Part shown: in pieces, positions 6,836 to 15,015 of the stretch
Layout of the letters: every line of letters starts with the position of its first letter
How positions within the stretch are numbered: the stretch's first letter is position 1
IMG/VR virus record: IMGVR_UViG_3300045988_055146
Coordinates: 1 to 38,384 of that record
Direction: 5' to 3' (one strand)
Length of the DNA stretch: 38,384 nt
Source of the DNA: a virus
Program-made: the position numbers and the translations under genes
The notes under the pieces: model-generated
What the model saw: the letters and a program-made list of their open reading frames with translations, nothing else
What the model was told of the DNA's origin: nothing
Databases searched by the model: none

Positions 6836-6890
6836 TTTCTCCTTTTCCGTATTTGTTTCCCGATTCAGCGCTGTCACATTCTCATCGGTC

Positions 6891-7070
6891 TCACCTCCTT
6901 ATCAATGCCGCCCAGATCCACGCGTCGGCGGTGCCGGTCATCGGACGGCCGAGCTTTTTCTGCACGAGGCGGACGGCCGAGGCTGTCCGCGCCCCGAAGT
7001 CTCCGTCCGCGCCGTCCGGGCCTACGGAGCAGCCGCAGTCAAGCAGCAGGTGCTGGAGCTTTCCGGAGGG
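6891..7070 (-). other. Out-of-frame (-1) peptidoglycan-binding domain (PG_binding_1-like), probable C-terminal wall-binding domain of the endolysin
   Basis: Hand translation of the frame ending at TGA 6891-6893 gives PSGKLQHLLLDCGCSVGPDGADGDFGARTASAVRLVQKKLGRPMTGTADAWIWAALIRR. This matches the G..V..LQ..L...G....DG.FG..T..AV..FQ...GL..tG..d..TW.aL pattern. The frame opens right after a TGA at 7071-7073 and has no start codon. Confidence 0.75.
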
Positions 7071-8311
7071 TCAAACCCGGGCTTGGTCTCGGCCGGGGTC
7101 TCCGGCTCCGGCGTGGGTTCCGGCGTGGGCGTGACGGGCTCCGCGTCGACGGAGTCCCCGGCAAAGCCGTCGTTGTAGGCGGGGCGGCCGTAGCCCGCTA
7201 TGCCGCTGTAGCTGCGTGGGTAGGATTTTTTGCACACGGCGCCGCCGTTGGGCACTACGCCGTCTGCGCCGGATGTGTTGCCCTCGACCGTGTACACGGT
7301 CGTGTCGTCTACCTTGCACACGAGGCCGGTGTGGTTGCTGTTGCCGACCGCGCCGAAGAATATCTGGTCTCCGACCTCCGGCTTTTCTCCGCGCTTGTGG
7401 AACTGTCCCGCGGCTATGTAGTAGTTGAGGCTGTAGGTGCAGCCTGCGCCGCTGCTCCCGCGCTTGGCGCATAACAGCTTCAATGCATTCTCCACGCCGT
7501 ATGCCTGCACGAAACACCAGTCTACGAACACGTCGCACCATGCGTAGCCCTGCTTAGGGCCGTTGTAAAAATCTCCGAGGGCGTCCAGATCACGCGCGTA
7601 CTTGGTGTAGTTGGCAGAGCCCGCGTTGGCCGTCTGGTTGTCCAGCTGAGCGGCGCTCTTTTTCTCCAGATAACCGACTTCGGCCAGTGCGAGGGCGATA
7701 ACCTTGCGCCGGTCGCAGCTCTCCCCGGCGGGCTTGCCGTCCTGCGCAGGCTCTGAGGGCTCTGCCGTGCCTCCGTCCGGAATGAGCTTGGCCCACGTGT
7801 TGGCGTACCCCGTGCGCTTCTCGATGGCCTCGCCCTGCTTGTCCGGCTTCTCGTAGTTGGTCACGCATATCTCCACCGCCTTGGCGATGCTGTTCGTGGT
7901 GCAGACCACCTTCCACGTCGGCGTGTACTGCGTCTGCATCTCCTTCAGCATGAAGGCTATCTGCATGTCGAGGTCACCAACGGACGTTCCGCGTGACTTG
8001 GCGAAGTCTAGCAAATTCTTCTTGCGCGCACACCAAGTCCACTGGACTATGCCATAGCCCGTGCTGTCTTTGATGAAATACTTGCCGTTGAAGGTCTGCT
8101 CGCCTGCGTTGGCGCGCCGGGTATACTCTATCTCTGTCAGCCCCATGCGACGTAGGAATGAGTTCGGATTGCTCATTCCCTCAACGCTCCTCGGGTCAAA
8201 GTCGCTTGCCTCTCCCTGCAAGTTGCCCAGCAGGCCTATCGCGCCCGCGTAGGTCATACCCGCCGCACGGCATGCATCGTATATGTGCTTCGCTCTCTCG
8301 ATTGTGGTCAT
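7022..8311 (-). CDS. Endolysin: N-terminal lysozyme-like (phage tail lysozyme type) domain + CHAP-like peptidase/amidase domain + Pro/Thr/Glu linker
   Basis: AGGAGGA RBS. The N-terminal domain contains GAIGLLGNLQGEAS...YGIVQWT. The CHAP-like domain contains QGYAWCDVFVDWCF (Cys) ... GNSNHTGLV (His). The linker EPVTPTPEPTPEPETPAETKPG comes just before the annotated stop. Confidence 0.9.
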   Translation of the reverse strand: MTTIERAKHIYDACRAAGMTYAGAIGLLGNLQGEASDFDPRSVEGMSNPNSFLRRMGLTEIEYTRRANAGEQTFNGKYFIKDSTGYGIVQWTWCARKKNLLDFAKSRGTSVGDLDMQIAFMLKEMQTQYTPTWKVVCTTNSIAKAVEICVTNYEKPDKQGEAIEKRTGYANTWAKLIPDGGTAEPSEPAQDGKPAGESCDRRKVIALALAEVGYLEKKSAAQLDNQTANAGSANYTKYARDLDALGDFYNGPKQGYAWCDVFVDWCFVQAYGVENALKLLCAKRGSSGAGCTYSLNYYIAAGQFHKRGEKPEVGDQIFFGAVGNSNHTGLVCKVDDTTVYTVEGNTSGADGVVPNGGAVCKKSYPRSYSGIAGYGRPAYNDGFAGDSVDAEPVTPTPEPTPEPETPAETKPGFDPPESSSTCCLTAAAP

Positions 8312-8321
8312 TTTGTCCTCC

Positions 8322-9122
8322 TTACTCCAGCCAAAAGCGCCGCACGCGCGCCCGGCCTCCTTTGTACCTGTCTCTATTTGTTGAGGTTACGCTGATGCAG
8401 CAGCACACCTCGGTCTCCGTCAGCTCTGAGAGGTCCAGCGTCAGCACTCCCACGCTGGCCTTGGCCTCCGTGATACTCGCCACGGCGATATGGTCGCTGC
8501 CCAGCCCGTTTTCCACGGGCGTCGGTGTCGCAGCCGTCGACACCGACACGGAGAATTTAGGCGAGGCGCGGTCGATGCTCTCGTAGTAGGCGTTGAGCTT
8601 GCTGTAGCCGGACACGTCCATAAGCCCCGTCGCGGCAATAGCCGTGCCCACCGTAAAACTTGAGGGGCCGTACACGCTGAGCTCGACGGCGTCGTCGCCC
8701 CAGGTGATTGTGGTCTCCGTGCCGTACAACGCAGCCTTGATGTCGCGCAGCTCGACCTTTTTGGAGCCTGTGTCGTAGAGCCAGTAGAGCCACTCGACCC
8801 ACGCGCCGCCCTTGTAGGTCTTGGCCGTCTTGCTTACCCAGCTGCCGGATATGTACTGCTGACAGCTGGCCGGGTATATCCAGATGCCGTTCTTCTTCAG
8901 CACGTTTACTGCCACAGGTGAGCGTGTTCCCGTCGCAAACCACACCATGCCCTCGGCGGGTGTCTCCGGCGCAGACACAGAAAACACCCAGCCCGTGATC
9001 TCCGTCTCGGTTATGACTGCAATGGTGTTCGCCGCTGCCGTTGCCGGGAGTGTCAGCACCGACGCTGCCCGTATGATCTTGAGGGCGATCCCGCCCCCGC
9101 CGTTTACGTTGGGTCCTATCAT
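8322..9122 (-). CDS. Hypothetical tail-associated / receptor-binding accessory protein
   Basis: 266-aa beta-rich ORF. Its ATG overlaps the tail-fibre stop (ATGA at 9119-9122). It lies between the tail fibre and the endolysin. Confidence 0.65.
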   Translation of the reverse strand: MIGPNVNGGGGIALKIIRAASVLTLPATAAANTIAVITETEITGWVFSVSAPETPAEGMVWFATGTRSPVAVNVLKKNGIWIYPASCQQYISGSWVSKTAKTYKGGAWVEWLYWLYDTGSKKVELRDIKAALYGTETTITWGDDAVELSVYGPSSFTVGTAIAATGLMDVSGYSKLNAYYESIDRASPKFSVSVSTAATPTPVENGLGSDHIAVASITEAKASVGVLTLDLSELTETEVCCCISVTSTNRDRYKGGRARVRRFWLE

Positions 9123-12100
9123 GACGTCTCAACCTCCTCGTTTACCGTGATTATGCTGTCCTCCGATAGCCCAGCGCAGCACAGGCGGAAATAAGCTACA
9201 TTGTCAAGCGTCACCCCGCTGAAGCTTTGCACCTTGAACTGCGTCCAGATGTTGTTGTCATCCTTTACACCTGCCAGAGTGCCACCAGCTCCTGTGCCGT
9301 TCGTTTGTCCTAAATGTGTTTTGCTCGCGTTGTAGAAAGAAATCCGCTGATTGTTGCTGGCGATCCCCGATGTAACGCCGTACTGCCATGTGACGTTCTT
9401 CAGCCGTACCACGTCGCCAAGACTGACCGGGATGAAGCCCGTCAAATATAGTCCCGTGCTGCTTTCGGCAGCGCCTGCACTATTGAGCCTGTAATTGGGT
9501 GCCCAACCTGTACTGTTGTATATACTGCCGTCTGTGTCCGTTGCATTGGGCAGTTGGTTGGTATAACTGGGTGCACTAGGGTCTATCACTGTGTAGTCAA
9601 ACTCTCGGTCTATGCCCGGGCCGTAGTGATCGACGTAGATTTTTTTAGCCGCGCGGTTGATGCTGAACACGCAAAAAGACGTCCCGTTGGCAGTCCCTGC
9701 CGTCTTAGTGTATGTGTTTCCGTCCGCCGACGCTCGTTCTCGGCCATTTAGAATATTAGGACAGCAGACGGAGAGAAACGCGCCGCCCACGGTCTCGTTG
9801 GCGTAGCGATGCTCGTGCCCATGTATGCAGGCGATGATCTGAGCCGGGGTTATGGCAGAGAAATCATAGCTGACGGTGCTGCCATGCGTGATGCTGCCGC
9901 TCTGCTTGGTGGCATACGCCTTGAGCAGCGCCGCGGCGTTGGCCGTATTGGATGGATGCACCGTGCCCGACACCGGATCTGTATAGCTGCCTGTCCCGTT
10001 GAGCGCCGCGTGGGAAAACACGAGTATCGACCACTCGGCCGGATTGGAGACGCCGCTGAAATCCAGTGCCGTGTCGGCCAGGTATTGAAGCTGCGCTGCG
10101 CTGATATTGTCCGCATTGAGGTAGGGATTGTCCGCGCCGGAGCCGATCTGCGTCGTGCCCCAGCTGCGGTGGTCGTGCGTATCAAGATAGATAACGCGCA
10201 GCCGCGGCCCCGGAAAGTCCATGTAGCCGTAGCACGCATTACCCGGCACGCAGCCGCCGCTCGCCAGATTTTTCCGCCCGATCGCTGCGTACATCTGCAT
10301 CTGGGTCAACCTGTTTGCTGTGGCCTGATACGGGGCGTCGTCGTGGTTTCCCGGGCACCATATCGCCCGCCCGGGATATTTGGAGCCGATCAGCAGCTGG
10401 TAGTCTGCATTATCTTCCAGAGCATCGGCCGAGGTAGTATTCCACGCGCCCGTGGAGTAGTCTCCGACGTGCGCGATGAAATCCAGTGCGCAGCGCTCGT
10501 TGAGCCTTTTGAGAGCCTGTCCTGCCTGCTTTCCCGCGGCATTGGCGGTGTCGGTATAGTAGCCGAGATGGGCATCTGCCATAACGGCAAAAACGATGTT
10601 GTCAGCGCCGATGTGCCCGACTATTTTTTGAGCGAGCGCGTCGGCCGCAGTCAGTACATAGTCCGGTGTATCGTCGCCCGCCGATGCTGTAGAGATCTCC
10701 ACCGTTTTAGCCTCGCTGCCGTCGTATGCGGTCTCAGTGCCGTCTACCTTGATCTTCAGCGCGTTAGGGTTTTTAAGTTCCGTCGGTATCATCTGCATCA
10801 CTTGCTCCGCTGCGGCATTGAGCTTTACCATAAGCGCCTGATAGGTTACGAGGTCAAGCGTATTACCGGGATTGTCGACGGTGCTGGCCGTGAGCAGCCC
10901 CGTGATCTTATCCAGCACCGCCTTGTTGGCGTGCGAGTGCCGGGCTTCGGTGTTGGCGCTGATGTCCTCCGTCGGCACTGTCGGTATGTCCGTAGTCTTT
11001 GCGGGTGTATATCCCAATGCCGCTATAATGGCTGCGGCGGTCAGCGCGCCTGTGTCGTCCCCGCCGCTGTAGTTTGCCGTCCCGCTGCTGCCCGTGCCTA
11101 TCGGGCTTATGAGCGCCACCGTGGGGATAGTCAGGTCCGCACCCGGCGCGTCGGCGGAGTAGATGATGATCTTGCCCGCCGCGCTCTGTATGCGCTTCAC
11201 GTCCAGCTCCTCGGCCTGCGCCGCCGTCCACGCTATGATCGGCAGCATGGCCGCCGTGCATCCGGTTATGGCCAGCTCCGCCTTGTACCGCGCGCCGTCC
11301 ACAGTGCTGTCGGCAACAAAAGCCGACGCGGCCAGCGCCACGCTCTCGCGGATGATGTTCTTGCACTCGTCGGCGAGCTTCGCCGCGGTCACGTTCTTGT
11401 CCTTGATCTTCTCCGCCGATACGGCATTGGCGTCGATGTTGCCTTCCTTGATGGTTATCGGGTCTGCGCCGTCCGGCAGGTGCCGCTCATGGTGCGACGG
11501 CATCATTGCCACGGCGGCGTAGAACGTCGCCTCCGTTCCGGTGTAGCCCGCATCCTTCGCCGCGTCGTATGCGCTCTTGCCGGGGTCTCCCTTGCTGCCG
11601 GGGGTTCCCGGCGGCCCCTTGATGTTCTTCGTCTCAGGGTTCTCCTCGCCCCCGTCGTTCGTCCATGACAGGTTCCCGTTGTCGTCAACGTGCGGCGTGT
11701 ATGTCGTGCCCGCAGTTCCGGGGTCTCCCTGCGGCCCCTGTATTGTGCCGTTGTCCACCCACTTGCCGTTCGCGCCGTCCCATATGTATATGTGGTACGG
11801 TGCCGCCGTGCCTATGCCGTAGCTCTCACCGGCCGTGGGGTTCGGCACTGCCTCGGCCAGCGCGTCCAGATCGTCGTAGTAGCCCTTGACTTCGAAGCTT
11901 TTGCCGTTGAACTTGCCCGCATCCGCTGCGGCCTTCACTGCGTTTGCCACGGCCATTGCCTGCGCGGCCTTCGCGTCTATCTGCTCTGCCACGCTCTGCG
12001 GTATCACATGCAGCGGCGCGTCTATCAGCCCGCTCTCCTTTACAGTCATTATCACAACAACTGTCGTCAGCCGCGCCGTGTCCTTCGTGCCGGTCATGTA

Positions 12101-12334
12101 TACATCCCATTCCCCGGCAGTCAGGTTGAGCGCGTCGTCCTCGGTGATCCTGTCGTCCTCGTCCAGCGCTATGTCGTACACGGTCTCGCCCTTGCGGAAG
12201 TGCGCCCAGCGTGTGTACCCGTCCCACTCATCCCCGATGAAGTGGAACTGCGCCGTCAGAAATTTCAGGCTGTCCGCCGCTATCACCGGCGTGTAGTATT
12301 TCAGGCTCTGGCCTGCAACATAAAATTCAAGCAT
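9119..12334 (-). CDS. Tail fibre / baseplate protein: BppU-like N-terminus, collagen-like Gly-X-Y repeats, calcineurin-like metallophosphoesterase domain, C-terminal beta-sandwich (carbohydrate-binding-like)
   Basis: The N-terminus MLEFYVAGQSLKYYTPVIAADSLKFLTAQFHF...WDVYMTG is BppU-like. Collagen-like repeats are GPQGDPGTAG and GPPGTPGSKGDPGKS (about 11560-11740). Phosphoesterase motifs are MADAHLG, HVGDYSTG, CPGNHDD, FSHAAL and HGHEHRY (about 9790-10600). Confidence 0.85.
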   Translation of the reverse strand: MLEFYVAGQSLKYYTPVIAADSLKFLTAQFHFIGDEWDGYTRWAHFRKGETVYDIALDEDDRITEDDALNLTAGEWDVYMTGTKDTARLTTVVVIMTVKESGLIDAPLHVIPQSVAEQIDAKAAQAMAVANAVKAAADAGKFNGKSFEVKGYYDDLDALAEAVPNPTAGESYGIGTAAPYHIYIWDGANGKWVDNGTIQGPQGDPGTAGTTYTPHVDDNGNLSWTNDGGEENPETKNIKGPPGTPGSKGDPGKSAYDAAKDAGYTGTEATFYAAVAMMPSHHERHLPDGADPITIKEGNIDANAVSAEKIKDKNVTAAKLADECKNIIRESVALAASAFVADSTVDGARYKAELAITGCTAAMLPIIAWTAAQAEELDVKRIQSAAGKIIIYSADAPGADLTIPTVALISPIGTGSSGTANYSGGDDTGALTAAAIIAALGYTPAKTTDIPTVPTEDISANTEARHSHANKAVLDKITGLLTASTVDNPGNTLDLVTYQALMVKLNAAAEQVMQMIPTELKNPNALKIKVDGTETAYDGSEAKTVEISTASAGDDTPDYVLTAADALAQKIVGHIGADNIVFAVMADAHLGYYTDTANAAGKQAGQALKRLNERCALDFIAHVGDYSTGAWNTTSADALEDNADYQLLIGSKYPGRAIWCPGNHDDAPYQATANRLTQMQMYAAIGRKNLASGGCVPGNACYGYMDFPGPRLRVIYLDTHDHRSWGTTQIGSGADNPYLNADNISAAQLQYLADTALDFSGVSNPAEWSILVFSHAALNGTGSYTDPVSGTVHPSNTANAAALLKAYATKQSGSITHGSTVSYDFSAITPAQIIACIHGHEHRYANETVGGAFLSVCCPNILNGRERASADGNTYTKTAGTANGTSFCVFSINRAAKKIYVDHYGPGIDREFDYTVIDPSAPSYTNQLPNATDTDGSIYNSTGWAPNYRLNSAGAAESSTGLYLTGFIPVSLGDVVRLKNVTWQYGVTSGIASNNQRISFYNASKTHLGQTNGTGAGGTLAGVKDDNNIWTQFKVQSFSGVTLDNVAYFRLCCAGLSEDSIITVNEEVETS

Positions 12335-12340
12335 CGGTCG

Positions 12341-12451
12341 TCACCCTTCCTCGTTGAGTTTCTGCACCAGCCGCACAAGGTAATCCCTCAGCTGTTCCAT
12401 CTGCTCCTCCGGCGTCCCGCTCAGTATCGGCGGGTATTCTATTCCAAGCAT
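12341..12451 (-). CDS. Hypothetical 36-aa micro-protein between two tail genes
   Basis: Not in the ORF track. Its ATG directly abuts the upstream TAG (TAGATG at 12449-12454), and its TGA lies 6 nt before the tail-fibre ATG. Hand translation gives MLGIEYPPILSGTPEEQMEQLRDYLVRLVQKLNEEG. It fills the entire gap. Confidence 0.45.
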   Translation of the reverse strand: MLGIEYPPILSGTPEEQMEQLRDYLVRLVQKLNEEG

Positions 12452-14194
12452 CTATATATCACTCCCGTAAGTTATGGTTTTTGCTATGGAGAACATTCTG
12501 AACATGCCCTTGCCTTCAAGCTTGATACGCATGTGGTCACAGCGCCTCGGTCTAATCGGCACGTTCACTGTGTTCGTCCCGCGCATCTTTATCGTGCCCT
12601 TGTACTCCCACAGCCCCGTGCTGTCAAACTCCACGTATATTGCCAGCTCCGCGCCCTCCTCCATCTGGAGGCGCACATTGAAGCGTGAGACGTACTTCTT
12701 GTCCGGCTGCTGGTAGTAGAGTATGCCTGTCTCCGCCCGCCACTTCACGAACGGCTCAAGATCTCCCTGCGTCCCCATCAGCGCGTACAGCAGCTTCCCG
12801 CTCAGCGCGTACAGCTCATCGTCCACGCGGGCAAAGCAGTCCGCCTTGAATCCGTCCTCGTGCATCCACAGTTTCTTGCTCATGTCGTATACGAACATGT
12901 GGCTTGCGCCCTTGCTGTCCTTCATGCTGATGTAGTACAGGTCTCTCACCGTTCCCGCCACAGCGTCGGAGTACAGTTCATCTCCCAGCGCCTTGCTTGC
13001 CTTGGACGGGAAGCCTCCCTGATACGCGCATATGTCGCTCCGGGATTTGTACAGCAGCGTCTCGTTCACAACAGCCAGGCTCTTCTCGCTGCCCTTCTGC
13101 ACGCCGCGGCACGCCGTCTCGCTTATGCTGTGCGCGCCCAGCGCCGATATCGTCACACGGTGTATCCTGTCCTCCTTGAAGAACGTAGGATAGCCCAGAT
13201 AGTTCACGGCTCCCGTCCACGGTCCGTCCGAGCCTACAGAGGCCGTCCATGAATCCGTGCTCAGTCCCATGTACTGCCGCCAGTTCTTGAAGTCGCCGAG
13301 TGCGCAGCAGTATATTTCATTCAGGTTCTTCTCGCCGTCGCTGCCGTAGTAGCAGCCCCACAGGCGGTTCTGGCTCTCGCATATGAAGTCCATCTGCGGC
13401 ACGCTCCGGCTCACGGATACAACGCCGTCCGTCTGCTCCACGGTCTGCTCCAGCAGCCCGGCCACCACTATGTAGTCGAACACGCTGCTGCTCCCGCCTA
13501 TCGCGTAGATCACCTTGTCCCCGTTGACGTCCGCCGCCGCGCCGCCTATGGTCACTCCGTCGTATTCCTCGAACAGCCCCGGCAGCTCGCCCTGGGATAT
13601 GAATTGTATCTTCGTGTACACCGTCGGGATGGATACCCATTCCTTCGTCGCGCTGCTGTACTGCTTGAGCACGTGCACGTTCTGGCTCGTGTCTATCCAC
13701 AGCGCCGCGTTCTCCGGGCTCTCCGGTGCCGTCGCCGACTTCACCGGCGTGCCGTAGTCTGCGCCCAGCGCGTTGCACATTGTGTACTTCACGGTGCCTG
13801 TCGACGTGTAGAACGCCTCCATGCTGCCGTAGTCCGCCGCGTCTGCGGTGTTGTAGTACTTCTTGTCCGGGAATATGCAGATGTATGCTCCCATGCTCAC
13901 AAGCTGCTTCTCGCCCGCCGTGAGCCCTGTCACGGGCGTTGCCTGTCCGTTGTACCACAGTGTCCCGTTGTCCACGTATGCCAGCTCGTCCTTGCCCAGC
14001 AGCCCGCCCGGGGCGGTCAGCTTCTTCACAAGGCCGCGCTTCTTTCTCTCGGCCAGCAGCGGATAGTACGCTGTTGAAAGATTCTCCGTGTCGTAGAACG
14101 CGCCCTCTGCTATTTTCAGGTGGTGGTCGTAGCCCATGAAGGTGTCGACCACGCTGCGGTCTGTGTATTCATAGCTCAGCTGCGGCAGCTGCAT
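12452..14194 (-). CDS. Putative tail nozzle / tubular tail protein (beta-propeller-like)
   Basis: 580-aa ORF with a GAGGAGG RBS. Its beta-rich repetitive character (DELYALSGKLLYAL, DLYYISMKD, LWGCYYGSDG) and its position between the adaptor-like gene and the fibre suggest a nozzle role. The assignment is by position and composition only. Confidence 0.5.
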   Translation of the reverse strand: MQLPQLSYEYTDRSVVDTFMGYDHHLKIAEGAFYDTENLSTAYYPLLAERKKRGLVKKLTAPGGLLGKDELAYVDNGTLWYNGQATPVTGLTAGEKQLVSMGAYICIFPDKKYYNTADAADYGSMEAFYTSTGTVKYTMCNALGADYGTPVKSATAPESPENAALWIDTSQNVHVLKQYSSATKEWVSIPTVYTKIQFISQGELPGLFEEYDGVTIGGAAADVNGDKVIYAIGGSSSVFDYIVVAGLLEQTVEQTDGVVSVSRSVPQMDFICESQNRLWGCYYGSDGEKNLNEIYCCALGDFKNWRQYMGLSTDSWTASVGSDGPWTGAVNYLGYPTFFKEDRIHRVTISALGAHSISETACRGVQKGSEKSLAVVNETLLYKSRSDICAYQGGFPSKASKALGDELYSDAVAGTVRDLYYISMKDSKGASHMFVYDMSKKLWMHEDGFKADCFARVDDELYALSGKLLYALMGTQGDLEPFVKWRAETGILYYQQPDKKYVSRFNVRLQMEEGAELAIYVEFDSTGLWEYKGTIKMRGTNTVNVPIRPRRCDHMRIKLEGKGMFRMFSIAKTITYGSDI

Positions 14195-14206
14195 GTGCTC
14201 GCCTCC

Positions 14207-14587
14207 TCAGAACAGGAAGTGCTTCGGTGTCTCGCCCCTGCGCACTCCGCTCATGTTGTGGTTCCTGCTGTACCAGTTGAGGTACTCCGTGTATGCGTTG
14301 TTGAAAAGTGTCATGCGCCTGTTGTAGCGCTGCGTCTCTCCGTTTTCTTTTTCTATCATTGCCTGAAGATACTCGTAGTACACGTCGTAGTCGTAGGGGA
14401 ACTGTATCAGCAGCTCCTCGTTGCCGGTCTCATATCCGGCGAATCCGGCCGGCGCTTCCTCGCGCGGCCGGATCACTTCTTCGTATACCTTGCCGTCCAG
14501 TATGGACAGCCATTTCAGCTTCTGTTCCGGGCCGTACTGGTTGGGTTCCATCATGTCCACCCGGTCTATTATGTCCATTGCTTTCAT
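14207..14587 (-). CDS. Putative head-tail adaptor / connector protein
   Basis: 126-aa ORF with a GAGGAGGG RBS, located between the head genes and the nozzle-like gene. I recognise no diagnostic motif. Confidence 0.45.
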   Translation of the reverse strand: MKAMDIIDRVDMMEPNQYGPEQKLKWLSILDGKVYEEVIRPREEAPAGFAGYETGNEELLIQFPYDYDVYYEYLQAMIEKENGETQRYNRRMTLFNNAYTEYLNWYSRNHNMSGVRRGETPKHFLF

Positions 14588-14618
14588 GCCGGCCCTCCTC
14601 TCTCAGATGTTCGCCGGG

Positions 14619-14960
14619 TTATCTCAGCTGCTCTTCAGGCAGCAGTTCTTCCACGGTCTCATAGAATCTGTCTTTGGCTCTTTCGCTGCGCTCAATCTCA
14701 TCCTTCACGAAGCGCGGCACCTTCACCGCCTTGCCTCGGGGGATGATGTAGTTTTTGCCGTTGACACCGACAAAAAGATTCGGGTCTTCCTTGGGGTGTA
14801 TTCTCGACACTCGCACGGTCACCTTTTCATTCGGGTCATAGTCAGTGACCGCTGCAATTTCCGTGGTCTCCGCCTCAGTCTTGTCTGTCATGATCTCTTC
14901 ACCGGTCATGATCTCTTCACCGGTCATGATCTCTTCGTCCATTGTCTTAGCCTTTGCCAT
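14619..14960 (-). CDS. Hypothetical head-associated protein with EEIMTG tandem repeat
   Basis: The ORF track gives 14619-15038, but the ATG at 14960 is preceded by AAAGGAGAAAAAACA. The sequence is MAKAKTMDEEIMTGEEIMTGEEIMTDK... It lies directly downstream of the major capsid gene. Confidence 0.7.
   Translation of the reverse strand: MAKAKTMDEEIMTGEEIMTGEEIMTDKTEAETTEIAAVTDYDPNEKVTVRVSRIHPKEDPNLFVGVNGKNYIIPRGKAVKVPRFVKDEIERSERAKDRFYETVEELLPEEQLR
14889..14937 (-). repeat. 18-bp in-frame tandem repeat (about 2.7 copies)
   Basis: CATGATCTCTTCACCGGT occurs at 14889-14906 and 14907-14924, with a partial copy at 14925-14937. It encodes (EEIMTG)x3. Confidence 0.9.
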
Positions 14961-14983
14961 TGTTTTTTCTCCTTTCAGCAACA

Positions 14984-15001
14984 GGGGCACTCTCGTGCCC
15001 C
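14984..15001 (-). promoter_or_regulatory. Stem-loop immediately after the major capsid gene (attenuator / mRNA stabiliser candidate)
   Basis: GGGGCAC-TCTC-GTGCCCC is a perfect 7-bp stem 15 nt downstream of the capsid stop. The U-tract is weak. Confidence 0.4.
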
Positions 15002-15015
15002 TGCCTATGTTTCTG

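Noticed and set aside
6836-6877. N-terminal extension of the holin to the GTG at 6877 (track ORF 6365-6877)
   Set aside because: No RBS lies at a suitable distance from the GTG, whereas AAGGAG precedes the ATGs at 6835 and 6829. A dual-start holin/antiholin arrangement cannot be excluded. An AAGGAGG-led mini-ORF (ATG AGA ATG TGA) overlaps the GTG.
7022-7085. A canonical X XXY YYZ -1 slippery heptamer for the endolysin frameshift
   Set aside because: No canonical heptamer is present in the permissive window (7025-7070). Only a possible single-tRNA slip at C CCU exists. Programmed frameshifting is therefore offered as one of three explanations, not asserted.
9809-11668. 619-aa plus-strand ORF antisense to the tail-fibre gene, and the similar 11690-12688 ORF
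   Set aside because: The sequence is extremely Arg-rich junk, antisense to a gene with clear collagen and metallophosphoesterase motifs.
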